Source: Elusimicrobiota bacterium (GTDB taxonomy: Bacteria; CG03; SLGR01; JAGXOG01). Taken from it: a DNA stretch of 12,997 bases. The translations under genes were made by a program, and so were the position numbers. The stretch lies in the NCBI GenBank assembly GCA_051745145.1, contig JBNJDT010000041.1, forward strand, positions 1-12,997, read 5' to 3'. The notes beneath the pieces were generated by a model. That model worked only from the letters and a program-made list of their open reading frames with translations. It made no database searches and was not told the DNA's origin. Below are positions 1 to 8,180 of the stretch, one piece after another. Numbering within the stretch: position 1 is the stretch's first letter; every line of letters begins with the position of its first letter.

Positions 1-165
1 GGGGTAATCCTTTTTAATACTTCAGGAGAATCCGTAAAAATAAAACACGGCCGGAGAATTGCCCAGATAGTCCTTCAGAAAATAGAAAAAATAGAATGGT
101 CCCCGGTCCAAGAATTATCATCCAGTTCCAGAGACACCGGCGGTTTTGGCTCCACCGGCTCATAA
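1..165 (+). CDS. dut: dUTP diphosphatase (trimeric dUTPase), C-terminal part; 5' end outside window
   Basis: Manual translation of frame +1 gives GVILFNTSGESVKIKHGRRIAQIVLQKIEKIEWSPVQELSSSSRDTGGFGSTGS*. It contains dUTPase motif 4 (RIAQ) and motif 5 (R-x-x-GGFGSTG), with TAA at 163-165. Not in the ORF track. Confidence 0.93.
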   Translation, partial: GVILFNTSGESVKIKHGRRIAQIVLQKIEKIEWSPVQELSSSSRDTGGFGSTGS

Positions 166-172
166 GTTTTAC

Positions 173-775
173 CTACAAAGTTACCGTATTTGAAGCGCCG
201 CTCAATATAGAGGCAATTTCAAAAAAGTTTGATAGTCGCCCCACAGCCAGTTTATCCTTCAAACCGTAATAATCAAGACAGGTCCCGCAGACTACTATAT
301 CTATTCCCAGTTTTTCAAGGTCTTTTATATTACCTGCATTTTCTGCGCCTTCAACGGTATGTTTTACTCCCCCGTGCATAAATACAATCTTACCGGGCAG
401 GGGCTCCACATCCGGGACGGTCTGAAAAAATGTTTTTATTAACAACTCTCCCAATTCATCATCCGGATTACCCAGTTTAAAGGAATCCAGAAAAAATACG
501 GTATCGCCCACTTTTTCATTTTTCTTTCTTACTTCTTTTTTGTTTGGAATAGATTTGTTATTTTCTCGGGGTTCCAGTATTAACTCCGTTATTTCCCCGG
601 ACTTTTCTTCTTTGATACTATATTTTTTGGTTTTCGCATACCTAGTAACATTTACCCTGGCCGCTTCATCGTCTACTTTAACTTTTAAGACCGAACCCGG
701 ATCTTTTTCAATTGCTTTCTTGGTTGCGATAACCGGCTCCGGACACGGCCGGCCGCATACATCTATTTTTTTCAT
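173..775 (-). CDS. yedF: YedF-type selenium-metabolism sulfurtransferase-like protein (N-terminal TusA/SirA domain plus C-terminal DsrE-like domain)
   Basis: N-terminal D-x-x-G-x-x-CPEPV (TusA CPxP motif), then LGELLIKTFF and VCGTCLDYYGLKDKLAVG typical of the DsrE-like half. 200 aa, strong Shine-Dalgarno, and selD/yqeB in the same locus. Confidence 0.88.
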   Translation of the reverse strand: MKKIDVCGRPCPEPVIATKKAIEKDPGSVLKVKVDDEAARVNVTRYAKTKKYSIKEEKSGEITELILEPRENNKSIPNKKEVRKKNEKVGDTVFFLDSFKLGNPDDELGELLIKTFFQTVPDVEPLPGKIVFMHGGVKHTVEGAENAGNIKDLEKLGIDIVVCGTCLDYYGLKDKLAVGRLSNFFEIASILSGASNTVTL

Positions 776-779
776 AATA

Positions 780-787
780 CCTCCTCC
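780..787 (-). promoter_or_regulatory. Shine-Dalgarno sequence of yedF
   Basis: The minus strand reads GGAGGAGG-TATT-ATG. Confidence 0.85.
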
Positions 788-809
788 ATTAATCTTAGTT
801 TGATTATAA

Positions 810-838
810 ATTATATATTTACTATATTAATATATCAA
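810..838 (-). promoter_or_regulatory. sigma70-type promoter for yedF
   Basis: Minus strand TTGATA (838-833), 17-nt spacer, TATAAT (815-810). The region is very AT-rich, so a chance match is possible. Confidence 0.65.
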
Positions 839-853
839 ATAGATAATATCTAT
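839..853. promoter_or_regulatory. Candidate LysR operator (perfect 7-1-7 palindrome containing T-N11-A)
   Basis: ATAGATA-A-TATCTAT with T840-N11-A852. It lies between divergent yedF and lysR, directly upstream of the yedF -35 box. Confidence 0.6.
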
Positions 854-876
854 ATAAGTTTGACTTAATATACCCC

Positions 877-1755
877 ATGAACATAACATTAAAAGAATTA
901 CAGGTTTTAGTAAGCATCAAACAGACGGGAAGTTTCTCCGCGGCGGCGGATGAACTAAATCTATCCCAGCCAACTGTCTCGACTCATATATCAAATCTTG
1001 AAAAATCTCTGGAGACTAACCTTATGAAAAGAGGACCAGGCGGAATTAAACTCACCCGAACGGGTACAGAAACCATAAAAACAGCTAAAAAAATTATTAA
1101 AGATATTCAGAATCTCAAACAGAGGATAAACCGGATAAAAGGCCTTAAGACCGGTTATTTAAATATAGGGGCAAGCACAATCCCGGGGACCTATATAATA
1201 CCCGCCTACATAAAAGAATTTAAAGAGAAATTTCCCAATATAAAGATTAACTTAAAAATTAAAGATTCCCGGGATATTATAAATATGCTAAAAAACGGTG
1301 ATCTGGATCTTGGTTTTGCGGGTTACCCCCCTAAAGGCAAATTATATAAAAAGATTATGGCCAGAGATAAAATAGTTTTAGCCGTAAATAGAGAACACAA
1401 ATGGGCTGACAAAAAATATATATCAGTAAATACCCTTACCCGGGAACCCATTCTCATGAGAGAAAAAGGTTCGGGAACCAGGAAAGTGTTCTTAAAACAT
1501 CTCCGGCGTAAAACTTCTAAAAATTTAAAAATTTACTCCACTCTGGATACATCAACGGGTATGCTGGAAGCCATAAAAACCGGCCTGGCTCCGGGTATTA
1601 TATCTAAGATAGCTATACGCTGCCAGCGAAATTTGGTCGATATCACCGACGTTAAAATAAAAGGACTTTCTATTAAAAGGCCCTTTTATTTAATCCTGAA
1701 AGATTATCCGGCCTCTTCTGAAATCACCCGGGAATTTATTAAATTTTTTAAATAA
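877..1755 (+). CDS. LysR-family transcriptional regulator, CysL-like / selenium-metabolism-associated type
   Basis: HTH region GSFSAAADELNLSQPTVSTHISNLEKSL; substrate-binding domain motifs IGASTIPGTYIIP and REKGSGTR; 292 aa; divergent from yedF. Confidence 0.92.
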   Translation: MNITLKELQVLVSIKQTGSFSAAADELNLSQPTVSTHISNLEKSLETNLMKRGPGGIKLTRTGTETIKTAKKIIKDIQNLKQRINRIKGLKTGYLNIGASTIPGTYIIPAYIKEFKEKFPNIKINLKIKDSRDIINMLKNGDLDLGFAGYPPKGKLYKKIMARDKIVLAVNREHKWADKKYISVNTLTREPILMREKGSGTRKVFLKHLRRKTSKNLKIYSTLDTSTGMLEAIKTGLAPGIISKIAIRCQRNLVDITDVKIKGLSIKRPFYLILKDYPASSEITREFIKFFK

Positions 1756-1759
1756 TTAT

Positions 1760-3115
1760 TTATTCTATATCAGGTAATTCCGATACGGATTCTTCTATTT
1801 TTTCCTGGGGATATCGGTAATCTTCAAGCTCTCCGTTAAAATAGGATTCATACGAAGAAAGGTCAAAGAAACCGTGTCCGGAGTAATTAAACACTATACA
1901 TTTTTCCTCGCCGGTCTCCTTGCATTTTAAGGCTTCGTCTATCGCGCATTTTATGGCGTGGGAAGTTTCCGGTGCGGGCACCTGCCCTTCGGTACGGGCA
2001 AATTTTACCGCCGCGTCAAAAACCTCAACCTGGTGATAGGCCCGGGCCTTTATAACTCCCTCGTTTACCAGATTACAAAGAAGAGGAGCATTTCCGTGAT
2101 ATCTCAATCCTCCCGAATGGATACCCGGGGGAACAAAATCATGGCCCAGGGTATACATCTTCATAAGGGGAGTCATCTTGGCTGCATCCCCGTGATCGTA
2201 TCTGTAGGGTCCCTTGGTAAGAGTGGGACAGGCAGTAGGTTCTGCCCCTATTATTTCAACGCTGTCCTCATCTTTTAACTTACCGGGGACAAACGGAAAA
2301 GAAAATCCGGCAAAATTACTTCCGCCGCCAACACACCCTATTAATACATCCGGATCTTCACCGGCTTTTTTCAGCTGTTTTTGAACTTCCTGACCTATAA
2401 TCGTCTGGTGGGTGCATACGTGATTAAGTACGCTTCCCAGCGAATATTTAACATCGTCGTGAGTGGCCGCATCTTCTACGGCTTCGCTTATTGCTATACC
2501 CAGCGACCCAAGTGAATCCGGATCTTTTTCAAGTATAGCTGTTCCGGCTTTGGTTCTTCTGGAGGGGGAAGGATAACAGTCAGCTCCCCAGGTCTGCATT
2601 AACATTTTCCGGTAAGGTTTTTGATTGTAAGATACTTTTACCATGTAAACCCGGGCGTTCAATCCCATCTGGTTAGTGGCAAAAGCTAAAGCACTTCCCC
2701 ACTGCCCGGCACCGGTTTCGGTGGCTATGGTCTTTACCCCCGCTTCTTTGTTATAGTAAGCCTGAGCTACCGCTGTATTGGGTTTATGGGATCCCGGAGG
2801 AGAAAGACTTTCGTCTTTATAATATATTCTGGCCGGGGTATCCAGTTCCTCTTCCAGATTATAGGCTCTTCTTAAAGGAGAAGGTCTCCACAGTTTCCAT
2901 ATTTCTCTAACCTCGTCGGGGATTTCTATCCACCTTTCCTGGCTCATCTCCTGTTTTATCAGCTCCATGGGAAATATCGGGGCCAGATCCTCGGGTTCTA
3001 TCGGCGAGCCGTCCGGTTTTAATGGCGGGGCCAGAGGTGTGGGAAGATCCGCCTGTACGTTGTACCATTTCTGGGGTATCTCTTTTTCTGAAAGTGTTAT
3101 CCTGTAATTGTCCAT
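1760..3115 (-). CDS. trpB2: TrpB2 (tryptophan synthase beta-2 type, PLP-dependent)
   Basis: GSHKPNTA (PLP lysine), [41 protein letters not shown]. 451 aa with the long N-terminus of TrpB2. SD AAGGAGG upstream. Confidence 0.95.
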   Translation of the reverse strand: MDNYRITLSEKEIPQKWYNVQADLPTPLAPPLKPDGSPIEPEDLAPIFPMELIKQEMSQERWIEIPDEVREIWKLWRPSPLRRAYNLEEELDTPARIYYKDESLSPPGSHKPNTAVAQAYYNKEAGVKTIATETGAGQWGSALAFATNQMGLNARVYMVKVSYNQKPYRKMLMQTWGADCYPSPSRRTKAGTAILEKDPDSLGSLGIAISEAVEDAATHDDVKYSLGSVLNHVCTHQTIIGQEVQKQLKKAGEDPDVLIGCVGGGSNFAGFSFPFVPGKLKDEDSVEIIGAEPTACPTLTKGPYRYDHGDAAKMTPLMKMYTLGHDFVPPGIHSGGLRYHGNAPLLCNLVNEGVIKARAYHQVEVFDAAVKFARTEGQVPAPETSHAIKCAIDEALKCKETGEEKCIVFNYSGHGFFDLSSYESYFNGELEDYRYPQEKIEESVSELPDIE

Positions 3116-3149
3116 TTTTCCTCCTTTAAATTTCTCAAACTTAAGACTT

Positions 3150-3177
3150 ATTATAACTATTCCGGTCTATTATTCAA
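3150..3177 (-). promoter_or_regulatory. Possible sigma70-type promoter for trpB2
   Basis: Minus strand TTGAAT (3177-3172), 16 nt, TATAAT (3155-3150), upstream of the trpB2 SD. Confidence 0.4.
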
Positions 3178-3706
3178 ATCTGTCCCTTACAGTAATATTT
3201 TCTAATTTAGTATGAAAAACCATTAAAACTGTAAACTCCAGGGCTATAAAGAAATTGTAAACCGACCCGGTTACAAAAGAAAATCCGAAAAGGGCCCAGC
3301 ACAGTCCCCCGGTCTCCGGATTATTTATATATTTGTATATAGAATTTTTAACTACGGGAACATCCTCTCTAAAAAAATTAAGTCCCAGGGACCGCCGGGG
3401 ACCTAACCTGATAAATCCCCAGATTGAAACAGTAAGTCCCCCTGCTAATATAATCCAGCCGGCCGCAGTAAAATAAGTCAAAATATCCGGGCTTATAAAC
3501 TTTTCAAAATAAAGTTGTTCTTTAAACTGCAGTAAAATAAAAGATATCCCCATTGCCGTCCACAGTAAAACTGTAATCAGGGAATGTACTATAAAATCAA
3601 AATTTTTAAACCACAGGGTTAACTTTTTATCTTTATGCTGTAAATAGAGGCTGAGGGTTTCTACCAAAATAGCAACAAAGACCAGTATAACCGTACTCCA
3701 AAGCAC
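3170..3706 (-). CDS. Integral membrane protein, PEMT/ICMT-like methyltransferase family (divergent)
   Basis: Four to five hydrophobic segments. VVKNSIYKYINNPETGG resembles the L-V-x-x-G-x-Y-x-x-x-(RH/NN)P-x-Y-x-G motif of ICMT/PEMT enzymes. GTG start with AGGA about 10 nt upstream. Confidence 0.55.
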   Translation of the reverse strand: MLWSTVILVFVAILVETLSLYLQHKDKKLTLWFKNFDFIVHSLITVLLWTAMGISFILLQFKEQLYFEKFISPDILTYFTAAGWIILAGGLTVSIWGFIRLGPRRSLGLNFFREDVPVVKNSIYKYINNPETGGLCWALFGFSFVTGSVYNFFIALEFTVLMVFHTKLENITVRDRFE

Positions 3707-3725
3707 AGTTCATCTATCCTAAATT

Positions 3726-4451
3726 TTAATAACCGGCAAAGTTTTCCCGGGTTATATAATCAGGTTCTATCTTTAAATCACCGGTCAGCATATTATACAT
3801 GGCATCATTAAAACCCGGCGGTCCTACTATAAAATAATGATATTCCCGGGGGGTTAAATATTTTTCTAACATTTTTCTGTCAATATAACCGGTCTCCCCC
3901 TCCCAGTCTTTATTGACCGGATCCTCCATATCGGTAATAGTGTGAACCACCTGAAAACCGGAAATATTTTCAGAGAGGCTATCCAGTTCATCTTTGTAGG
4001 CAATGCGCTTGACATTACGGTTAGAATAGAATAGCTTGATATCTTCGTATTTATCTGAATTTGTGTAATCTATATACTCTACCATGCTCTTTACGGGGGT
4101 TAATCCTATCCCTCCCGTAAGATAGGCAATCCTGTTTTTCCGGCAGGTTTTTAGAGTAAAATTTCCCAGCGGACCCCTGATGGTAATTTCGGTCCCCTCT
4201 TTCAAACTGTCCAGGGCTTGTTTATAATCCGAATCACTTATAATGGTGGTCATCTGGATATTATCCCGGTGGGGAGAATTGGATATGGAAAACGGCTTTG
4301 AAAATTTTTTGTCTTTATCGGAAAATTCAAAAAAAGCATACTGTCCGGCCGTAAAATCTATGTTCGTTTCCGGTTGAAAAACAAACTTTTTTACCCCCGG
4401 GCAGATATTCTCTTTCTTTTCTAGACTGGCTGTATATTTACTCGCTGTCAT
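3726..4451 (-). CDS. FAD/NAD(P)-binding oxidoreductase of the ferredoxin-NADP+ reductase (FNR) family
   Basis: FTAGQY, KPFSISNSP (RxYS-like FAD motif), GPLGNF, GGIGLTP, YSNR, GPPGF and C-terminal ENFAGY. No Fe-S cysteine cluster. Overlaps the upstream gene by 14 bp. Confidence 0.88.
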   Translation of the reverse strand: MTASKYTASLEKKENICPGVKKFVFQPETNIDFTAGQYAFFEFSDKDKKFSKPFSISNSPHRDNIQMTTIISDSDYKQALDSLKEGTEITIRGPLGNFTLKTCRKNRIAYLTGGIGLTPVKSMVEYIDYTNSDKYEDIKLFYSNRNVKRIAYKDELDSLSENISGFQVVHTITDMEDPVNKDWEGETGYIDRKMLEKYLTPREYHYFIVGPPGFNDAMYNMLTGDLKIEPDYITRENFAGY

Positions 4452-4920
4452 CAGCTAATAAATCACCGGCGTATTGAATGGCGTCAACAATCTGTTTATA
4501 ACCGGTACACCGGCACACATTTCCGGCTATGGCCCGGCGGATCTGCTCTCTTGACGGTTGGGATATTTTATCCAGCAGCACTTTAGCCGAAAGTATCATT
4601 CCCGGGGTACAGAAACCGCACTGTACCGCCCCTTTTTCTATAAAAGCTTTCTGGATGGGATGCATCTTTTCACCTTCCTCAAGGCCTTCTATAGTTATAA
4701 TATCAGCACCTTCGGCCTGGGGGGCAAGCATCATACAGGAATTTACGGTTTCCCCGTTTAATATAACCGTACAGGCCCCGCACTCCCCTATACCGCAGCC
4801 TTTTTTGGTTCCCATAAGTCCCATATCTTCCCTGAGTAAATCCAGTAAAGTTTTAGCCGGTTCGCATTCGATCTCCACCGGCTTCCCGTTTAATTTAAAT
4901 TTAACTTTTACCTTTTTCAA
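4438..4920 (-). CDS. Xanthine dehydrogenase/CoxS-family small subunit binding two [2Fe-2S] clusters
   Basis: GTKKGCGIGECGACTV...NSC, QCGFCTPG and GNVCRCTGY. The TTG start overlaps the upstream stop (TTGA), with a GGGAG SD. Confidence 0.96.
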   Translation of the reverse strand: MKKVKVKFKLNGKPVEIECEPAKTLLDLLREDMGLMGTKKGCGIGECGACTVILNGETVNSCMMLAPQAEGADIITIEGLEEGEKMHPIQKAFIEKGAVQCGFCTPGMILSAKVLLDKISQPSREQIRRAIAGNVCRCTGYKQIVDAIQYAGDLLADDSE

Positions 4921-5777
4921 AATTCGCTCCCCGCCGCTTCGGTTAATGCTCTTTTTACCATCGCTTGAATCACCGGCTCCTTATAATCCGTAGACCACCG
5001 GCGTCCGCTCTCTTCTATCATTACCCGGGCTACTTCTTTTCCCGCCCTGTCAAAAAGTTCTTCAGAAGGTTCTTCTCCGGCCAGTATATCCTGGGCCGGT
5101 TTAACTTTTTGGGGGGAAGGCATCACGCTTCCCGGTGAAATGACCGCTTCTTTAATAACATTGTCTTTTACATCTACCATAACCGCTACATTCATCCGGG
5201 ATATGGCCAGGGCTTCCCTTCTTCCCAGTTTATAAAAAGAATAGCCCCACCTTGAATCCATGGGTTTAAGAATAACCCCTTTTAAAATTTCCCCGTCCTC
5301 CAAGGCATTGGTATAGGGCCAGGTAATCAATTCTTCTACGGGCAAAGTTCTTTGCCCGCTCCGGTTTAAGATTACAGCCCGGGCATCCATAGCCACCAGC
5401 GCGGGTACCGAATCAGCTGCCGGCGAAGCATTACATATATTGCCTCCTATAGTACCCCGGTTTCTGATCTGGACGCTTCCCGCGTTTTTAACCCCCTCGC
5501 ATAAAAGAGGGGTTTTCTCTTTTAGTAACCGGGATCCTCTTACTGCCCCGAAAACAGTGAGAGCTCCGATAAAAATCTCCCCGTTTTCTTTCTGGTAAAT
5601 TCCTTTTAATTCTTCAAGGCCGGTGATATCCAGTATATCAAAGTCAACACTCTTTTCTTTCCTGAGTTCCACTACCATATCCGTGCCCCCGGCAATTATC
5701 TCATAGTTACCGGCAGATAACTTTTCCAGGGCATCTTCTATATTTTTGGCCCGGTAATAGTCGAATTCAGGAAGCAT
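4917..5777 (-). CDS. Xanthine dehydrogenase/CoxM-family FAD-binding medium subunit
   Basis: IAGGTD, IGAL, GSVQIRNRGTIGGNICNASPAAD and KLGRREALAIS. 286 aa, SD AGGAG. Confidence 0.96.
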   Translation of the reverse strand: MLPEFDYYRAKNIEDALEKLSAGNYEIIAGGTDMVVELRKEKSVDFDILDITGLEELKGIYQKENGEIFIGALTVFGAVRGSRLLKEKTPLLCEGVKNAGSVQIRNRGTIGGNICNASPAADSVPALVAMDARAVILNRSGQRTLPVEELITWPYTNALEDGEILKGVILKPMDSRWGYSFYKLGRREALAISRMNVAVMVDVKDNVIKEAVISPGSVMPSPQKVKPAQDILAGEEPSEELFDRAGKEVARVMIEESGRRWSTDYKEPVIQAMVKRALTEAAGSEF

Positions 5778-5838
5778 TGCCTTCTCTCCTATTCAAAAAC
5801 TTCTGTATATTACTGTATAAAATCATATTCAATATTTT

Positions 5839-8178
5839 TTAATCCTCGTATTTACTTAATTTTTTGCCCAGCAAAACTCTTTCCAGAGACGCGGGAAGAT
5901 TATATATTCTCCTCTTTAAGGCCTGGGTCAGGGCGTTAATTAATGCCGGCGCTGCAATCTCGGTAGTGGGTTCTCCCAGCGATTTTGCTCCGTAAGGACC
6001 GTCGGGGTCGGGTCTTTCCACTATGTGGCCTTTAAATTCAGGTACGTCACAGGAAGTGGGCAGGGTATAGCCATCAAAGTTTTTGTTTTTGATATCCCCT
6101 TTGACCACCTCCAGTTCTTCTAAAAATGCAAATCCTATCCCCATCGCCGCTCCCCCGTACATCTGTCCTAAGGCACTCATGGGATTAATGGCCCGGCCCA
6201 TATCATGGGCCGATGCAAATTTATTCACTTTTACTTTTCCGGTCTTGGTATCCACTGTAACCTCGGCTGCATTTGCCGAATAAGAATAAGTAAAATAAGG
6301 TTCTCCCTTACCTTCTTCTTCGTCCCAGTGAATCTTAGGGGCCGAATACCACCCGTAATTAAAAAGAGGGATGGCCTGATCATTGCATTCTGATACCACG
6401 CTGTCAAAATCCACATCTATATCCGGATTACTCTTATCGTAAAATTTCCCATTCCTTACCCTTACTCTTTTGGGCGGAGCTTCTAAAATAACTCCGGCTA
6501 TTTTAAGCATCTTTTTCTTAACTTTCGCGGCCGCGTTTTTGGTAGCGTTTCCTCCCATTATAGTCCCCCGGGAGGCCACAGTGGGCCCGGAATCGGGTAT
6601 AAGCGATGTATCCGGTTCTATGTAAGTAATTCTGTCTATGGAGATCCCTAAAACATCAGCCGCTATCTGGGACATGGTCATCCCGGATCCCTGTCCGTGA
6701 TCCGTTATGCCGGTAGTTACTATAACCCGGCCGTCGGCCTGGACCGAAACCGAAGCCGCTGCTGCATCCACCCCCTCTGCTCCAAGAGAAACCCCCCGCA
6801 TACAGCAGGCTATTCCCACGCCTTTTTTATAAGGCCCTTCCTGATCTCGATCATATTGTTTTCTTTTTTCTTTCCAGTTAACCGAATCCGCCGCTTTTCG
6901 CAGGGCTTCGGCAGCTCCCACTTCGTGCTCTATTTTCTGTCCGGTTGGAGCTTTATCGCCTTTTTTAAGAACATTTTTTAATCTCAATTCCAGCGGATCC
7001 ATATCCAGTTTTTTAGCTAAGACATCCATCAAGCTTTCCATGGCAAAATGGGACTGGGGGGAACCAAAACCTCTCATAGCCCCGGTATAGGGATTATTCG
7101 TATAAACGCTTATCCCGTCGGCGTGATAATGGGGAACACGGTAAGGACCGGCCCCCTGGACTAACCCTCTTAAAACCACGTACGGACTCATAGAACAGTA
7201 TACCCCGGAATCGGCCACGATATAATTTTTTACCGCCGTAAGGGTGCCGTCTTCCTTTGCCCCCACCTTATAATCCATATAAAAAGGATTGCGTTTATGA
7301 CTTTCTTTAAAAGAATCCTCCCTGGAGTAGGTGGTCTTCACCGGCTGACCGGTCTTTAAAGCCAGCAGGGCCAGGCGGCAGGCTATGGCCGACATAAGTT
7401 CATCTTTTCCCCCGAAAGATCCTCCAAGAGTGGATTTTTGAATCCGTACTTTTTCCAGGCCTACGTCTAAAAATCCGGAAACAGCTTCCCTGGCCGTAAA
7501 CGGATTTTGAAACGACCCTTTAATTCTGATTGTCCCCTGGTTATCTATAAAAGCTATGGCGCTTTCCGGTTCAATGTAGGAATGTTCTACAAAAGGAGTG
7601 CTGAATTTGCCCTCTATTATTACATCGGCTTCTTGGAACCCTTTTTTGATATCCCCGTTTCTTACTTTTTGAGGAATCTGTATATTTGAATCCCGGTCTT
7701 CATGCACCAAAGGGGCATCCTCTTTTTTAGCTTCCCGGGGATCAAAAACTCCGGGTAATTCTTCGTATTCAACTTCCACTTTATCGGCGGCTTTTAAAGC
7801 CTCTCTTTTAGACCCTGCTGCCACAACGGCCACCACGTCCCCTAAGAATCTAACTTTATCCACGGCAATGGCTCTCTGATCTTCTATTACATTACCGTAA
7901 ACATATTTTCCGGGTATATCCTTCCGGGTTATAACTGCTTTTACTCCCGGTGATTTTTTGGCCCGGGATATATCTATACTTTTTATCCGGGCGTGGGGAT
8001 GCTCAGAATATACCTGCCTGGCATAGAGAGTTCCGGGCATCCGGTAATCATCGCCGAACAAGGGTTTACCTTTAACTTTATCTTCGGCGTCTATACGGGG
8101 TAGCCCCTTAGAAACCGTGGCAAAGCCTTTGGTTATTTTTTCAGTTTTAAATGTTTTTTGTGAATTTTTTGAACTCAT
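5839..8178 (-). CDS. Xanthine dehydrogenase-family molybdopterin-binding large subunit (substrate unknown)
   Basis: PRIDAEDKVKG, HARIKSID, EHSYIEPE, GGSFGGK, AMRGFGSPQ, GQGS, ASRGT and GAKSLGEP (catalytic Glu). 779 aa. Confidence 0.96.
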   Translation of the reverse strand: MSSKNSQKTFKTEKITKGFATVSKGLPRIDAEDKVKGKPLFGDDYRMPGTLYARQVYSEHPHARIKSIDISRAKKSPGVKAVITRKDIPGKYVYGNVIEDQRAIAVDKVRFLGDVVAVVAAGSKREALKAADKVEVEYEELPGVFDPREAKKEDAPLVHEDRDSNIQIPQKVRNGDIKKGFQEADVIIEGKFSTPFVEHSYIEPESAIAFIDNQGTIRIKGSFQNPFTAREAVSGFLDVGLEKVRIQKSTLGGSFGGKDELMSAIACRLALLALKTGQPVKTTYSREDSFKESHKRNPFYMDYKVGAKEDGTLTAVKNYIVADSGVYCSMSPYVVLRGLVQGAGPYRVPHYHADGISVYTNNPYTGAMRGFGSPQSHFAMESLMDVLAKKLDMDPLELRLKNVLKKGDKAPTGQKIEHEVGAAEALRKAADSVNWKEKRKQYDRDQEGPYKKGVGIACCMRGVSLGAEGVDAAAASVSVQADGRVIVTTGITDHGQGSGMTMSQIAADVLGISIDRITYIEPDTSLIPDSGPTVASRGTIMGGNATKNAAAKVKKKMLKIAGVILEAPPKRVRVRNGKFYDKSNPDIDVDFDSVVSECNDQAIPLFNYGWYSAPKIHWDEEEGKGEPYFTYSYSANAAEVTVDTKTGKVKVNKFASAHDMGRAINPMSALGQMYGGAAMGIGFAFLEELEVVKGDIKNKNFDGYTLPTSCDVPEFKGHIVERPDPDGPYGAKSLGEPTTEIAAPALINALTQALKRRIYNLPASLERVLLGKKLSKYED

Positions 8179-8180
8179 AT

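Noticed and set aside
540..803. 87-aa ORF on + strand
   Set aside because: Antisense shadow of yedF with no recognisable motif or RBS.
1958..2278. 106-aa ORF on + strand
   Set aside because: Lies entirely antisense to the well-conserved trpB2.
3634..3713. ATG at 3713 on - strand as an alternative start or sign of a frameshift in the membrane protein gene
   Set aside because: Out of frame with the 178-aa ORF, closes after a short peptide and is too close to the AGGA. The GTG at 3706 has suitable SD spacing.
4529..4993. 154-aa and 67-aa ORFs on + strand
   Set aside because: Antisense to the 2Fe-2S and FAD subunit genes.
6083..7689. Several 60-94 aa ORFs inside the large-subunit gene
   Set aside because: Antisense or alternative-frame shadows of an intact 779-aa conserved CDS.
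4438..8178. Aerobic CO dehydrogenase (coxLMS) assignment
   Set aside because: The large subunit has AMRGFG, not the AYxCSFR (form I) or AYRGAGR (form II) loop.
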